Below are positions 1-9,029 of a stretch of DNA of 64,000 bases, in pieces. Position numbers and translations under genes: made by a program. Each line of letters starts with the position of its first letter. Positions within the stretch are counted from its first letter, which is position 1. Location: the IMG/VR virus record IMGVR_UViG_3300021963_007890, positions 54,418 through 118,417 of that record; one strand, given 5' to 3'. Source of the DNA: a virus. Under the pieces are notes generated by a model, which saw only the letters and a program-made list of their open reading frames with translations, searched no databases and had not been told where the DNA came from.

Positions 1-1
1 T

Positions 2-2230
2 GAAAGTCTTGACTTTAAGAAGATGAAGGAGTTAGGTAAATCTACCTACTTCAACAAATATGACCCTAAGCATAACCCAAAGTTAGCAACTAAATTAGGA
101 AACAAATATAAAGGAGACGGCGCACATTTTAGAGGTCGTGGCTTTATACAATTAACAGGTAGAGAAAACTACACACAAGCCAGTCGTGATATATTCGGTG
201 ACGATCGTCTAGTGAAGAAACCTGACCTAGCAGCACAGCCAGATATAGCCGCACGTATCGCGGTTTGGTATTGGACTGATCGTGTGAAACCTTTGGTCAA
301 AGATTTTTCAGATACTACTCGTGTTACCAAGATTATCAACGGTGGACTAAACGGTCTTGAAGATAGAGAAAATAATTTTAGAGACTACATGGCCAGTCTT
401 GGTCTAATGGAAAAGTGGTCAATGAAATATAAAAAGAGCATCAACTGTGCTAATCCCAAAGGATTCAGTCAGCGTGCTCATTGTCAAGGTCGTAAGAAAA
501 CAGAAGATGTAGAACAAGATCCAGGAGATCCTATACCTTTTCCAGCAGGCACTACTTCAGTAGATGTTAGTGATCCCTATGATTGGTATAAACTAGGCAT
601 GGTAATCAGTGATCTAGATGATGCTAATCCTCAAGCATTTGGACGAGGAGGTCCTAGCACTGTGATTGCCTTTGGCAGTGAAGATGAAGAACATAGACTA
701 TTACCTCATCTTAAACGACTTGGACTTAAATTACAAGACATAGATAAACCCAGTGACACTAGAAAAATTGTGCCCGCGAAGGCTGTTTTAGATAAACTGG
801 AAGAAGATTTTAGACTAGATATTATCAAAAATAATCTTCAAGAACTAGGAACTACACAATATAAAGTAACAGAACCTAGAGATATGGTAAATGTTGATTT
901 TAGAACCAAGCAAATCACCTACAAAGTTTTCAAGTTCAAAGTAGATAAGCAGGTATTTCTAATTGTGCTCACTGTAAAAGATCAGGCAATGCCAGGCGCT
1001 AAGAAAAAGGTTCCAACACTAAATGTGGCTTTTGGTAGGCAAGATAAAAACGGGTGGGATGTTGACGATATTGACACTAACCTAACTGGTGACAATCAAA
1101 ATCAATTTCAAATCTATTCTACTGTGATCAAGGCCATACAAAAGTTTATTACTCAACTGAACCCTAATGTAGCACAAATTATAATAAAAGGAGACAATGA
1201 GAGACAACAGGTGATGTATGATAGATTTTTTAACTCACGCTATTTAGAGAAATTCTTTCCAGGTTGGCAATTAAACCCAACAACTAAAACTCTAATAAAA
1301 AATCAAAGTCAGAATCTGAAAGAACTTTTGGACCCTAAACTAGCCGTAGATCTTGAATGGGCAGAGGGTAGTGACTATATTGCGGCTAGAGGTTATGTCA
1401 CAGTGACAGATCAATATGGCAACAAAGAAGATGAAGAATTAGAAGTAGAATTCGGGGAATTTCCACACAGAAATCGCAAAGAATACGAAGTTCAATTTAA
1501 AGTAGGCGATAGTTATGATATAACAGGTGGTGGCAACGCTAATGTGATTTTTGCCACGGTTAGACAGGCTTGTAAAGATTTCGTGGAAATGTATAACCCA
1601 GATCGATTATTCTTCACAGCAAAAGAGCAGTCCAGAGCAAGAATGTATGACACCATAACTAAACGTGTGGCCAAGGAAGTAGGCTGGCACGTTATACCAT
1701 TTGATGAAATACAAAAGGATCCATTGTATAGGAATAGGAGTGATAACGGGTTTGTGTTTGTCATACAAAAAGGTCAAGCACCTGAAAAATGGTCCAGTAG
1801 TCAAAAGCCACAACACGGTAGTTTTATGCCTATCTGGTTTGTGTATAATGTAGATAAAGATACACCTACTGTGGCAGTTAAGGTTAGGGCTCCAAATAGA
1901 GAGACTGCTGTTCAGCACGCTATGAAAATAGAACCCAGTTTTAAAGATTTGGATTTGATGCAGATACATGCCTTGAACAGCCTACCCAAGCGTGAAGTCA
2001 CTGCGGTAAAGGATGGCGGCACAGCAGAAGATCCTAGTAAGGTAGGAGAAAACTTTGCTGATGGTCGTAACCCACAGGACAAAGGCGATAGTGGTAGACA
2101 CGGCATTAAAAAAGGTATTACAATAGCACAACTAAAAAAGATTAGATCCAGTGACTCAGCCAGTCCGAGAAAGAAACAACTGGCGCATTGGCAGATCAAT
2201 ATGAGACAGGGGCGTAGTAAAAAAGGATAA
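2..2230 (+). CDS. GH19 lysozyme/chitinase-like domain fused to several head-protein-like modules (probably 5'-truncated by the window edge)
   Basis: The frame is open from base 2 (ESLDFKKM...). GH19 motifs GDGAHFRGRGFIQLTGRENY, IAVWYW and TKIINGGLNGLEDR are present. Downstream modules are separated by xxE junctions. Confidence 0.8.
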   Translation, partial: ESLDFKKMKELGKSTYFNKYDPKHNPKLATKLGNKYKGDGAHFRGRGFIQLTGRENYTQASRDIFGDDRLVKKPDLAAQPDIAARIAVWYWTDRVKPLVKDFSDTTRVTKIINGGLNGLEDRENNFRDYMASLGLMEKWSMKYKKSINCANPKGFSQRAHCQGRKKTEDVEQDPGDPIPFPAGTTSVDVSDPYDWYKLGMVISDLDDANPQAFGRGGPSTVIAFGSEDEEHRLLPHLKRLGLKLQDIDKPSDTRKIVPAKAVLDKLEEDFRLDIIKNNLQELGTTQYKVTEPRDMVNVDFRTKQITYKVFKFKVDKQVFLIVLTVKDQAMPGAKKKVPTLNVAFGRQDKNGWDVDDIDTNLTGDNQNQFQIYSTVIKAIQKFITQLNPNVAQIIIKGDNERQQVMYDRFFNSRYLEKFFPGWQLNPTTKTLIKNQSQNLKELLDPKLAVDLEWAEGSDYIAARGYVTVTDQYGNKEDEELEVEFGEFPHRNRKEYEVQFKVGDSYDITGGGNANVIFATVRQACKDFVEMYNPDRLFFTAKEQSRARMYDTITKRVAKEVGWHVIPFDEIQKDPLYRNRSDNGFVFVIQKGQAPEKWSSSQKPQHGSFMPIWFVYNVDKDTPTVAVKVRAPNRETAVQHAMKIEPSFKDLDLMQIHALNSLPKREVTAVKDGGTAEDPSKVGENFADGRNPQDKGDSGRHGIKKGITIAQLKKIRSSDSASPRKKQLAHWQINMRQGRSKKG

Positions 2231-2232
2231 CG

Positions 2233-2445
2233 ATGTTTCTAAATACAATCGCAGCAATTTTTATTATATACGCAATTTTAATTTTATTTTCAACCAAAGA
2301 CGGAATTAGCAAACAAGTAAGACAAGCCCTAGGCCCCGAAGATTTAGAAAGACTTCAAACTGAACTAGACTATCGTGAATATTGGGCGGTATTATTACTC
2401 TTATTCGGTTTATTAATATTATTACCTAAATTAATAATGTGGTAA
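2233..2445 (+). CDS. Small two-TM membrane protein
   Basis: 70 aa with hydrophobic N- and C-termini, directly after the GH19 gene. Confidence 0.6.
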   Translation: MFLNTIAAIFIIYAILILFSTKDGISKQVRQALGPEDLERLQTELDYREYWAVLLLLFGLLILLPKLIMW

Positions 2446-2470
2446 AAAAAAGGACCCTAAGGTCCTTTAA
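2443..2470. terminator. Bidirectional intrinsic terminator
   Basis: A-run, then aaaggac-cctaa-ggtccttt hairpin, between convergent genes. Confidence 0.75.
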
Positions 2471-2488
2471 ATCTCTATGAGATAGATT

Positions 2489-2773
2489 TTATTTCCTACC
2501 ACCTGCTGCATTAACAAATTGATACATCTTTTCAGCAGTCTCTAGAACTTTATCAAGTCCTGGAAATTCAGGCATAGAAACTGTGCTGACAATTTGTCCA
2601 GTTTTTTCATCACGCTTGGCTGACAATTCCCAACCTTGGAATTTAGTATGAAATTCTGTTTGAACTAGGTCCTTGGCCATACCTAAGATTTCTGTGCGGA
2701 TTTCATATCCGTTCTTATTAAATTTTACTTCAGGTAATTTTATTTCTGGTAAAATTGGTTGACTGTTTGACAT
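2489..2773 (-). CDS. Hypothetical phage protein
   Basis: 94 aa; AAAGGAG RBS upstream. Confidence 0.75.
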   Translation of the reverse strand: MSNSQPILPEIKLPEVKFNKNGYEIRTEILGMAKDLVQTEFHTKFQGWELSAKRDEKTGQIVSTVSMPEFPGLDKVLETAEKMYQFVNAAGGRK

Positions 2774-2806
2774 ATTTTTCTCCTTTGTGTATGTGTATGT
2801 CTTATA

Positions 2807-3097
2807 TTAGGATTTTTGTGCTGCACGACTCTGCGAAGACCAGGCATCCCAACCTGCCTTGAACCAGTCAATACTAAAAGGATTGACTAATTTTTCTACT
2901 TTGGTATGTAATATTTCTCTGCCACATGTTGAAATAATATTGCTTGTGGCTTCTACGGCACTGTGCAAAAATTTAGTTTGAGCATCAATATAGATAATCA
3001 TATCTGCTTTGATATCTTGATGACGTACATATTTTTCTACAAATTGCCTCTTAGCATTTTGCACGCTGTCGATGAACAGTAAAGGTTGATTAAACAT
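2807..3097 (-). CDS. Hypothetical protein, possibly a phasin-like amphipathic helical protein
   Basis: 96 aa; GGGAG RBS; helical pattern FIDSVQNAKRQFV...YIDAQTKF. The phasin resemblance is inference. Confidence 0.6.
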   Translation of the reverse strand: MFNQPLLFIDSVQNAKRQFVEKYVRHQDIKADMIIYIDAQTKFLHSAVEATSNIISTCGREILHTKVEKLVNPFSIDWFKAGWDAWSSQSRAAQKS

Positions 3098-3126
3098 AAT
3101 TGTCTCCCTGTCTGTATTATAAAACG

Positions 3127-3282
3127 TTATTTATTAATGTCAATAGGTCTGGGAATAAAATTTATTCTTGTAAAATCCCATTCCTCACCAAGTACAGTCT
3201 TTCTTTCTAACATTTCATCAATTGCTACAATGCCTAATAAAAACACTAGAAATCCTAGTGCTGCGATTAATTCGAATTCCAT
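3127..3282 (-). CDS. Small membrane protein (51 aa, MEFELIAALG...)
   Basis: AGGAG RBS before the ATG at 3282; one TM segment. Confidence 0.6.
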   Translation of the reverse strand: MEFELIAALGFLVFLLGIVAIDEMLERKTVLGEEWDFTRINFIPRPIDINK

Positions 3283-3290
3283 AAATTCTC

Positions 3291-3422
3291 CTAAGTATTT
3301 ACTAACCAGTTTATAACATTTAGAAAACAGAATAATGGGCCTAACATTAGAAATATAATGATAGCCCACATCTTCTTATCGAAGTTTTTATAGTCCTTTT
3401 CACCTTCCATCCATTCTGTCAT
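3291..3422 (-). CDS. Small membrane peptide (43 aa, MTEWMEGEKDY...WAIIIFLMLGPLF)
   Basis: Manually translated, below the ORF-track cutoff; packed 1 nt from the upstream ORF. Confidence 0.55.
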   Translation of the reverse strand: MTEWMEGEKDYKNFDKKMWAIIIFLMLGPLFCFLNVINWLVNT

Positions 3423-3423
3423 A

Positions 3424-3531
3424 TCAGCGGCCCATTAATTTTACCGCACTTTGCCATTTACCTCTACGTGTCAAATGGCTAGCTACTAGACCTGTACACC
3501 AAACTTCATATAATATTTTTATTAAATTCAT
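3424..3531 (-). CDS. Small basic peptide (35 aa, MNLIKILYEVW...LTRRGKWQSAVKLMGR)
   Basis: Manually translated; ATGA overlap with the upstream ORF. Confidence 0.55.
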   Translation of the reverse strand: MNLIKILYEVWCTGLVASHLTRRGKWQSAVKLMGR

Positions 3532-3641
3532 TGCCATGCTCCTGGGTTGCGAGTGCTTAGGTATCTACGGGCACGAGCCTGGCCGCTGCGCTCTAGGGCG
3601 AGAAAAATTTTATGAAATACAGCTAAGATATAACTTATCAT
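3528..3641 (-). CDS. Small basic peptide (37 aa, MISYILAVFHKIFLALERSGQARARRYL...)
   Basis: Manually translated; AAGGA upstream; starts 1 nt after the previous stop. Confidence 0.55.
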   Translation of the reverse strand: MISYILAVFHKIFLALERSGQARARRYLSTRNPGAWQ

Positions 3642-3642
3642 A

Positions 3643-3815
3643 TTAAAAGTCCTTATGGGATTTGTATTCAAACTCTTTGATATGATTATCAAGAGTCGCA
3701 GCATCGGTAATGCTTTTTGTGCTTAGGTATGTTTCTAAACGGCTTTGGTATCCATCTTTTGGAAACATCTCTGCCAGTCGCTCAAGGTATTGAGCATAAT
3801 AGTTGATATAGACAT
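3643..3815 (-). pseudogene. Small protein (DUF3563-like by resemblance) with an apparent 1-nt frameshift near the N-terminus
   Basis: The RBS-led ATG at 3815 reads MSISTIMLN and stops early. The protein-like body LERLAEMFPKDGYQSRLETYL... is in a different frame. Confidence 0.45.
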
Positions 3816-3854
3816 TGCTTATATTTCTCCTATATGTATATGTGTATATGATTA

Positions 3855-3884
3855 TATTTAGTATTATATTGTGCGACGCCGCAA
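3855..3884 (-). promoter_or_regulatory. TAAATA late promoter plus TGC/GCA-rich operator (PhaR-box-like)
   Basis: The minus strand reads TTGCGGCGTCGCACAA-tataatac-TAAATA, a GC island in otherwise very AT-rich intergenic DNA. Confidence 0.4.
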
Positions 3885-3938
3885 TAACAAATGATTTTGA
3901 AAAGTTTTTTTCAAATAAATAGTTCATAGGAAACTTAG

Positions 3939-4187
3939 ATGAAAAAGACCACGAAAAGTTTAATGGAAGAGCTCAACAGCATTGCTGCCAAAAAAGACAA
4001 TAATGCTGTGATAGAATCTAGAGCTACTCATGTTATTAACAGTGCTATAAACTTACTTTCTTCACTGAAAGAAAACTTTCCAATTGAACAAGCGCAAGAG
4101 CTTGAAAGACGTTTTTTGAATAGTATAAAATCTTCTGATCCGGCTAAATTTACAAGAGGTATAAGAAAATACAGAGATAGTAAATGA
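3939..4187 (+). CDS. Hypothetical phage protein
   Basis: 82 aa; TAAATA promoter and AGGA RBS upstream. Confidence 0.75.
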   Translation: MKKTTKSLMEELNSIAAKKDNNAVIESRATHVINSAINLLSSLKENFPIEQAQELERRFLNSIKSSDPAKFTRGIRKYRDSK

Positions 4188-4272
4188 TCCTGTAAACCAT
4201 AAATTTATTTTTTTATAATAAATAAAAACATATTAGTGTGCATTTACACTTATAGATTTAGGAGAAATTAAA

Positions 4273-4683
4273 ATGCCAAGTATTGTTAAAAAGAATGAAG
4301 CTGTAGTTTTACCTGCATTTAAGAATGGTGTCAGTCTACAGTTTTTTAAAGTTACATTCCCAAGTGACGTTAGTGCTAAACTAACAGCCGTTTCAACATC
4401 TGGTGTAAGAAGCCCTGTAGCACAAGCTATTGAGGCTATCCAGGCTCGTGTTAGTGTTGAAGTAATGGCTCCGTTACAGACAGGCGGTACTGTTCTTCCA
4501 ATCGCTGTAGCAGCCATCGGTGGTGATTATCCTACAGATAATTATGATGGTACAGCAGGAACAGAATCAATGGCTGCTTATCTACAGAGCGTTGTTCAGG
4601 CAGCAGGTACAGTAACTGGTGCATTACAGGGTGTAGCGAACACAGCTACAACTGTTACAGGTGGTTGGCCCACAATTGCCTAA
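4273..4683 (+). CDS. Putative virion structural protein
   Basis: Ala/Thr/Val/Gly-rich 136 aa; TAAATA promoter, AGGAG RBS and its own terminator. Confidence 0.6.
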   Translation: MPSIVKKNEAVVLPAFKNGVSLQFFKVTFPSDVSAKLTAVSTSGVRSPVAQAIEAIQARVSVEVMAPLQTGGTVLPIAVAAIGGDYPTDNYDGTAGTESMAAYLQSVVQAAGTVTGALQGVANTATTVTGGWPTIA

Positions 4684-4700
4684 TTAGTTATTAGGAAATC

Positions 4701-4726
4701 AAAAGCGGCTTCGGCCGCTTTTTTTT
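4701..4726 (+). terminator. Intrinsic terminator
   Basis: aaaagcggc-ttcg-gccgc-tttttttt. Confidence 0.9.
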
Positions 4727-4756
4727 GCTATAAATATCTTTAAATAGGTAGTTAAT

Positions 4757-5182
4757 ATGAAGATAATTGAAATCCAAACTCTAATTGACATCACAAATAC
4801 TAAAGTTAATAGACCAAGAAAAGATTTTTTAAAGGAATATGATCAATTTAAAAATTTTGTCACTTTGAAACAATGTTTAGAACTTCGTTCAATTATAAAT
4901 TATCAAACTGATCCAGTAGTAGAAACTAAAGATGTTAAAAATTTAGATTTTGGTTCTAAATTTAAAGGAAAACATAATGTATGGACATTTAGATTTAGTC
5001 CTGATAGATCGGGTGTATACTCCGATGGTATTTCCGAAATTGGATTATTAGTGGAAGATATTCATGAAGTACCATTCATTCAAAATCTTACAGAAACGAT
5101 AAATATTGCTAGGCCGGTCTTTGATTTAAAAGATACCGAGTCTAAAAATACAATCATCAAGGCATACGAAGGCTCAATTTAG
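4757..5182 (+). CDS. Hypothetical phage protein
   Basis: 141 aa ORF after TATAAATA/TAAATA motifs. Confidence 0.75.
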   Translation: MKIIEIQTLIDITNTKVNRPRKDFLKEYDQFKNFVTLKQCLELRSIINYQTDPVVETKDVKNLDFGSKFKGKHNVWTFRFSPDRSGVYSDGISEIGLLVEDIHEVPFIQNLTETINIARPVFDLKDTESKNTIIKAYEGSI

Positions 5183-5227
5183 GCACATAAATTCTTGTTT
5201 GACAATTTATTAGGAGATCTTCGGAGT

Positions 5228-5455
5228 ATGGCCAGCGATATAGAAAAAGCCAATCTAGAGGCACATGTTGAATTATGTGCAGAAAGATATAAATCATTAG
5301 AATCTAGATTAGATGCTATAGAATTAAAGGTAGGCGACCTATCAAAAACTATAAAAGATAGTCATCTCAGTACCATTAAGGTTTTAATTGGCACGGCAGG
5401 AACAGTTGTAGCTAGTGTGTTAGGTTTAGTTGTAGTGATGATTCAAAAATTATGA
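5228..5455 (+). CDS. Coiled-coil protein with C-terminal TM (holin/XhlA-like architecture)
   Basis: GGAG RBS before the ATG at 5228; AHVELCAERY coiled coil followed by a hydrophobic tail. Confidence 0.65.
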   Translation: MASDIEKANLEAHVELCAERYKSLESRLDAIELKVGDLSKTIKDSHLSTIKVLIGTAGTVVASVLGLVVVMIQKL

Positions 5456-5850
5456 GAATTTTTGAACTTTTGGAACAAACCATAGGAACAACTGGATCAT
5501 CTACAGGCCAGATGAGCACTGTTCAACCTGTTAGTAATAAACCAAGTGATCAGCCAGCCACTGCTACAAGTCCAAAAGACAAATCTCCAACAATAGATCC
5601 TAAACAACAGCAGCAACTTGATAATTTATTAAAACAAAATCAAATTAATGTTAAAAGCTCAGATGATTTTCTTAGAGCGTTTGATGCCATCCAACAAAAA
5701 ACAGATATCAATAAGCTGCCTCCAGAACAACAAAAGGCTATAAGTGATTATACAAAAGCAACTATTACTAAGCCAGGATTACCTACTCAGATGAACATGT
5801 TGATGAAATCAGCTATTACTTCTAAACCCGCAGTAAATCCTAAAGTATAA
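5452..5850 (+). CDS. Putative internal head protein
   Basis: N-terminus MRIFELLE resembles T4-type capsid-targeting leaders. Confidence 0.55.
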   Translation: MRIFELLEQTIGTTGSSTGQMSTVQPVSNKPSDQPATATSPKDKSPTIDPKQQQQLDNLLKQNQINVKSSDDFLRAFDAIQQKTDINKLPPEQQKAISDYTKATITKPGLPTQMNMLMKSAITSKPAVNPKV

Positions 5851-5851
5851 T

Positions 5852-6313
5852 ATGGTTATATCTGATTCGCTGTTACAAAAATTATTTTTGCTGAATAATG
5901 AGGTACAGAAATCCTTAAAAAAGAAAGGATTTAATTCGGCAAAAAAGTTAGAAGATGGCTCTATACAGGTAGGGAAATTTACTATTAAGAAATGTAATAA
6001 TGGGTTTTTTTCTGTGCTAGATCAAAATCATTATATAATACTTGATAAGATTAATTTACCTCATACAGCAGCAATTCTTGCGAATAAACTAGCATGTGGA
6101 AAATGGACTGATAGAGAAATTTTAGATCTAGATAGAAAATATGGACACTATAGTTTTGTAGAAGAACTTTACACAGAACAAATGAAAAAATCTAAAAAAG
6201 ACTATGACAAACTGGACATCCTTAGTGAAAAACAAAAAATAGCTAGAATTAAAAAAGCCATGTATAAAAAACAGATCCAAATTGGATTTGATAAACTTTT
6301 AAAAATAGCATAA
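5852..6313 (+). CDS. Hypothetical phage protein
   Basis: 153 aa in an operon. Confidence 0.7.
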   Translation: MVISDSLLQKLFLLNNEVQKSLKKKGFNSAKKLEDGSIQVGKFTIKKCNNGFFSVLDQNHYIILDKINLPHTAAILANKLACGKWTDREILDLDRKYGHYSFVEELYTEQMKKSKKDYDKLDILSEKQKIARIKKAMYKKQIQIGFDKLLKIA

Positions 6314-6340
6314 ATAAAACTATAAAATTTGGATGTTTCT

Positions 6341-7906
6341 ATGAAAACAAGTGATTTTAAAAAAAAATTAACCAGTAAGGCTCTTTTAGAAAACATCTCT
6401 CGCCAATTTAATATCAAGTTAAATCTTGATGGTTATAACAGAGAGCAATTAGAAGATTATAGAAATAAGTTGAGAACTAGAGTATTTCAACAAGAAAACA
6501 ATTCAGCTATAAATTCATTACTTACAGATGAAACATACCAGAAAGATAAAGCAATGCTGGAATTGCTAAACACAAGGATTAAAGAAATGCTAGGCGAAGA
6601 TCTTAAAAAACTTAGAGATAAAATTGATGCTTTGGAAGAAGCGAAAAAAGGTGTTAGAGCACCAAAATATACCAAGAAAGCAAAAGGTGCTGATGATGGT
6701 AACCTAGCCAATAACTATCCTCCGTTTGATAAAGTTACCAGAGGCGATGTAATTGCCGGTGCTACTGGTAAAGATCAAAAAGGTGGAAAGAAGAAAGATG
6801 TAAAAGCAGACGAAGGTCGTCGCATTGCAGGCAAAGGTTACGATAATCCTGAACACGATAGTAAACCGCCAGAGGGTAAAGTTCCCTTTACCAGTTTTCA
6901 TCAAGGCAAGCAAGGTGATCAGGCCGCAAGACTACATGCTACACAGGTTAAAGGTAAGTTGGTCAAGGGCAAGGCACAGAGCGCAAAACAAGATGAGCCA
7001 GGTGTAAAAGAAGAAAAGTTCGATCCGTTAAAGCATGTTAAAAATCCTACACCAGGTGAAAAGAAGGCTGCTAAGGATGTTAAGCGTAGTAGCTATGCTG
7101 ATCGTGCCGCAATGTTAAGATCAGCCGAAAAAGATGGACGCTTAAAAGAAGCAGATGACAAGTGTAATCATACACCAAAAGGTAAGAAATGTCCAGTACA
7201 TGGTCTAAAAGAGTGTGGCACAATGGAAGGCAAGGACGAAGGTAAGCCAGGTAAGAACTTTGCTAAGATTGCTAAGAAAGCAGGCGAAAAGTATGGCAGC
7301 AAGGCAGCAGGTGAGCGTGTAGCAGGTGCTGTTCGTCAAAAATTAAAGAAGGCTGGTAAATTAGAAGAAGCTAATCTAGTCTTCAAACGTAATGTTCGTA
7401 CAGTAAATGAAAGTCTTGCTTATCTATTAAGCGAGGATGAGGAAGGTAAGGCCAAAGCTATCACAGCCGCAGGTGATATGGTAAATGATTATACAAGCTG
7501 GATGCAGCGTGTTGGCCAATACCAAACTAAGAGTATGATTGAACTTGCTGATGCTATCCGTGCTGACTTTGGACCTGCCGAAGCAGAGGCATTTAAGCAG
7601 GCTGTAGGCCCAGCGTTAAGTGCTACATTAGAAGTTCTTACTCAACAACGTGAAGCAATTTCAAATGCTGTAGCAGCACTGGCAGGAGAACAAATGCCTA
7701 CAGAGCCGATGGGCATGGACACAGGTATGGAACCAGATATGGATGCTGCGGCTCCAGATATGATGAATGAACCTGCTGCCGATGAGTTTGGTGCTGCTGA
7801 TGCTGCTGCGGGTGGTCCTGAGGCTGCTGGTCGTGAAATGCGTGAAAGTAAGTTTGCTCGCAAAATAGCAGAATCTCATAGCATAATTACCAAACTAGCA
7901 AAATGA
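6341..7906 (+). CDS. Prohead core/scaffold-like modular protein
   Basis: Highly charged, with short Lys-rich modules bounded by LEE/LKE/ME sites and an acidic C-terminus; TAAATA upstream. Confidence 0.6.
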   Translation: MKTSDFKKKLTSKALLENISRQFNIKLNLDGYNREQLEDYRNKLRTRVFQQENNSAINSLLTDETYQKDKAMLELLNTRIKEMLGEDLKKLRDKIDALEEAKKGVRAPKYTKKAKGADDGNLANNYPPFDKVTRGDVIAGATGKDQKGGKKKDVKADEGRRIAGKGYDNPEHDSKPPEGKVPFTSFHQGKQGDQAARLHATQVKGKLVKGKAQSAKQDEPGVKEEKFDPLKHVKNPTPGEKKAAKDVKRSSYADRAAMLRSAEKDGRLKEADDKCNHTPKGKKCPVHGLKECGTMEGKDEGKPGKNFAKIAKKAGEKYGSKAAGERVAGAVRQKLKKAGKLEEANLVFKRNVRTVNESLAYLLSEDEEGKAKAITAAGDMVNDYTSWMQRVGQYQTKSMIELADAIRADFGPAEAEAFKQAVGPALSATLEVLTQQREAISNAVAALAGEQMPTEPMGMDTGMEPDMDAAAPDMMNEPAADEFGAADAAAGGPEAAGREMRESKFARKIAESHSIITKLAK

Positions 7907-8250
7907 AAATAAAGGAACTTTTTGAAGACCCGAGTTATGATATCGGGTCTCTTAGAAGTGCCTTGGCTGTCAGGCAGGGACAGGTTAAAAAAAGTGGTGC
8001 CTCTAAAGAACTTCCCCTTGCTGTGATAAAAGATATAGCAAGAGATCTTGGATTTTCTATCACAGATCTTGATACATTAAAAGCATTCAAAGATAAAATT
8101 GATCCCACAGGTGATGTTTTTGATATCACGGACAAAGGCACAATTATTCTAAATAAACCAGAATCAGCTATGATGCCTGGTAAAGGTGCAGGCCCTAGTG
8201 TAGATGCAATGGCCGCAAGCAACAGCAAAACACTATCTCCAAAAATTTGA
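7903..8250 (+). CDS. Putative internal head protein
   Basis: N-terminus MKIKELFE. Confidence 0.55.
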   Translation: MKIKELFEDPSYDIGSLRSALAVRQGQVKKSGASKELPLAVIKDIARDLGFSITDLDTLKAFKDKIDPTGDVFDITDKGTIILNKPESAMMPGKGAGPSVDAMAASNSKTLSPKI

Positions 8251-8275
8251 CTTAGGTAATTAGGACTAGTATAAT
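8247..8275 (+). promoter_or_regulatory. Sigma70-type promoter
   Basis: TTGACT-17 nt-TATAAT. Confidence 0.85.
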
Positions 8276-8282
8276 TAGCAGT

Positions 8283-8972
8283 ATGAATTATACTCCACCT
8301 CCTTTTGTTGATAAATTTCAATATAAAAATTGTAAGCAGATTAACGATCCAATTACTCGTAAGCGTGTATATCTTACACCTGACGGCGAACGCTTACCCA
8401 GTGTTACTACCATCCTCAGTGCTACCAAAGATATGACAGCATTAAATGAATGGCGTGATAGAATTGGGCACGAAAAGGCTCAACAGATTACTACAGAAGC
8501 GGCAGGCATAGGAACAGCCATGCACGGTAACCTAGAACGTTTTATCGCAGGTCTACAAAGACAACCGGGTAATAATCCTGTTCATGTACAAGCTAATAAA
8601 ATGGCAGATATTATAATTGAAAACGGACTAAAAGATGTGGATGAAGTTTGGGCTATGGAACAAAGTCTTTATTATCCTGGCTTATATTCAGGGACCACCG
8701 ACCTTGTTGGTGTTTATAAAGGTAATCCTAGTGTAATGGACTATAAACAGACTAATAAGCCCAAAAAAGAAGCCTGGATAGATGATTATAAAATTCAGCT
8801 AGTTGCCTATATTATGGCACATAACCAAGTCTACGGTACTGATATAAAAGAAGGTCATGTCTTCATGTGCTCTAGAGATCTTCAATATCAACAGTTTGAC
8901 CTAAGGCCTGACGAATTTGAACATTGGCAAAATCAATGGTTAGATAAAGTAGAAGAATACTATACCAAGTGA
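8283..8972 (+). CDS. PD-(D/E)XK exonuclease (Cas4/lambda-exonuclease-like phage nuclease)
   Basis: LPSVTTIL, GTAMH, EQSL, GTTD and MDYKQT motifs, then QLVAY. Confidence 0.85.
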   Translation: MNYTPPPFVDKFQYKNCKQINDPITRKRVYLTPDGERLPSVTTILSATKDMTALNEWRDRIGHEKAQQITTEAAGIGTAMHGNLERFIAGLQRQPGNNPVHVQANKMADIIIENGLKDVDEVWAMEQSLYYPGLYSGTTDLVGVYKGNPSVMDYKQTNKPKKEAWIDDYKIQLVAYIMAHNQVYGTDIKEGHVFMCSRDLQYQQFDLRPDEFEHWQNQWLDKVEEYYTK

Positions 8973-9029
8973 ATGCAAGGACTTAAACAACTTCTAACCT
9001 GATAAATATCCTATAAGGGGATATTATCT

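Noticed and set aside
3127-3927. ORF-track starts at 3369 and 3927
   Set aside because: These N-terminal extensions overlap better-supported small ORFs or promoter DNA. The RBS-led starts are at 3282 and 3815.
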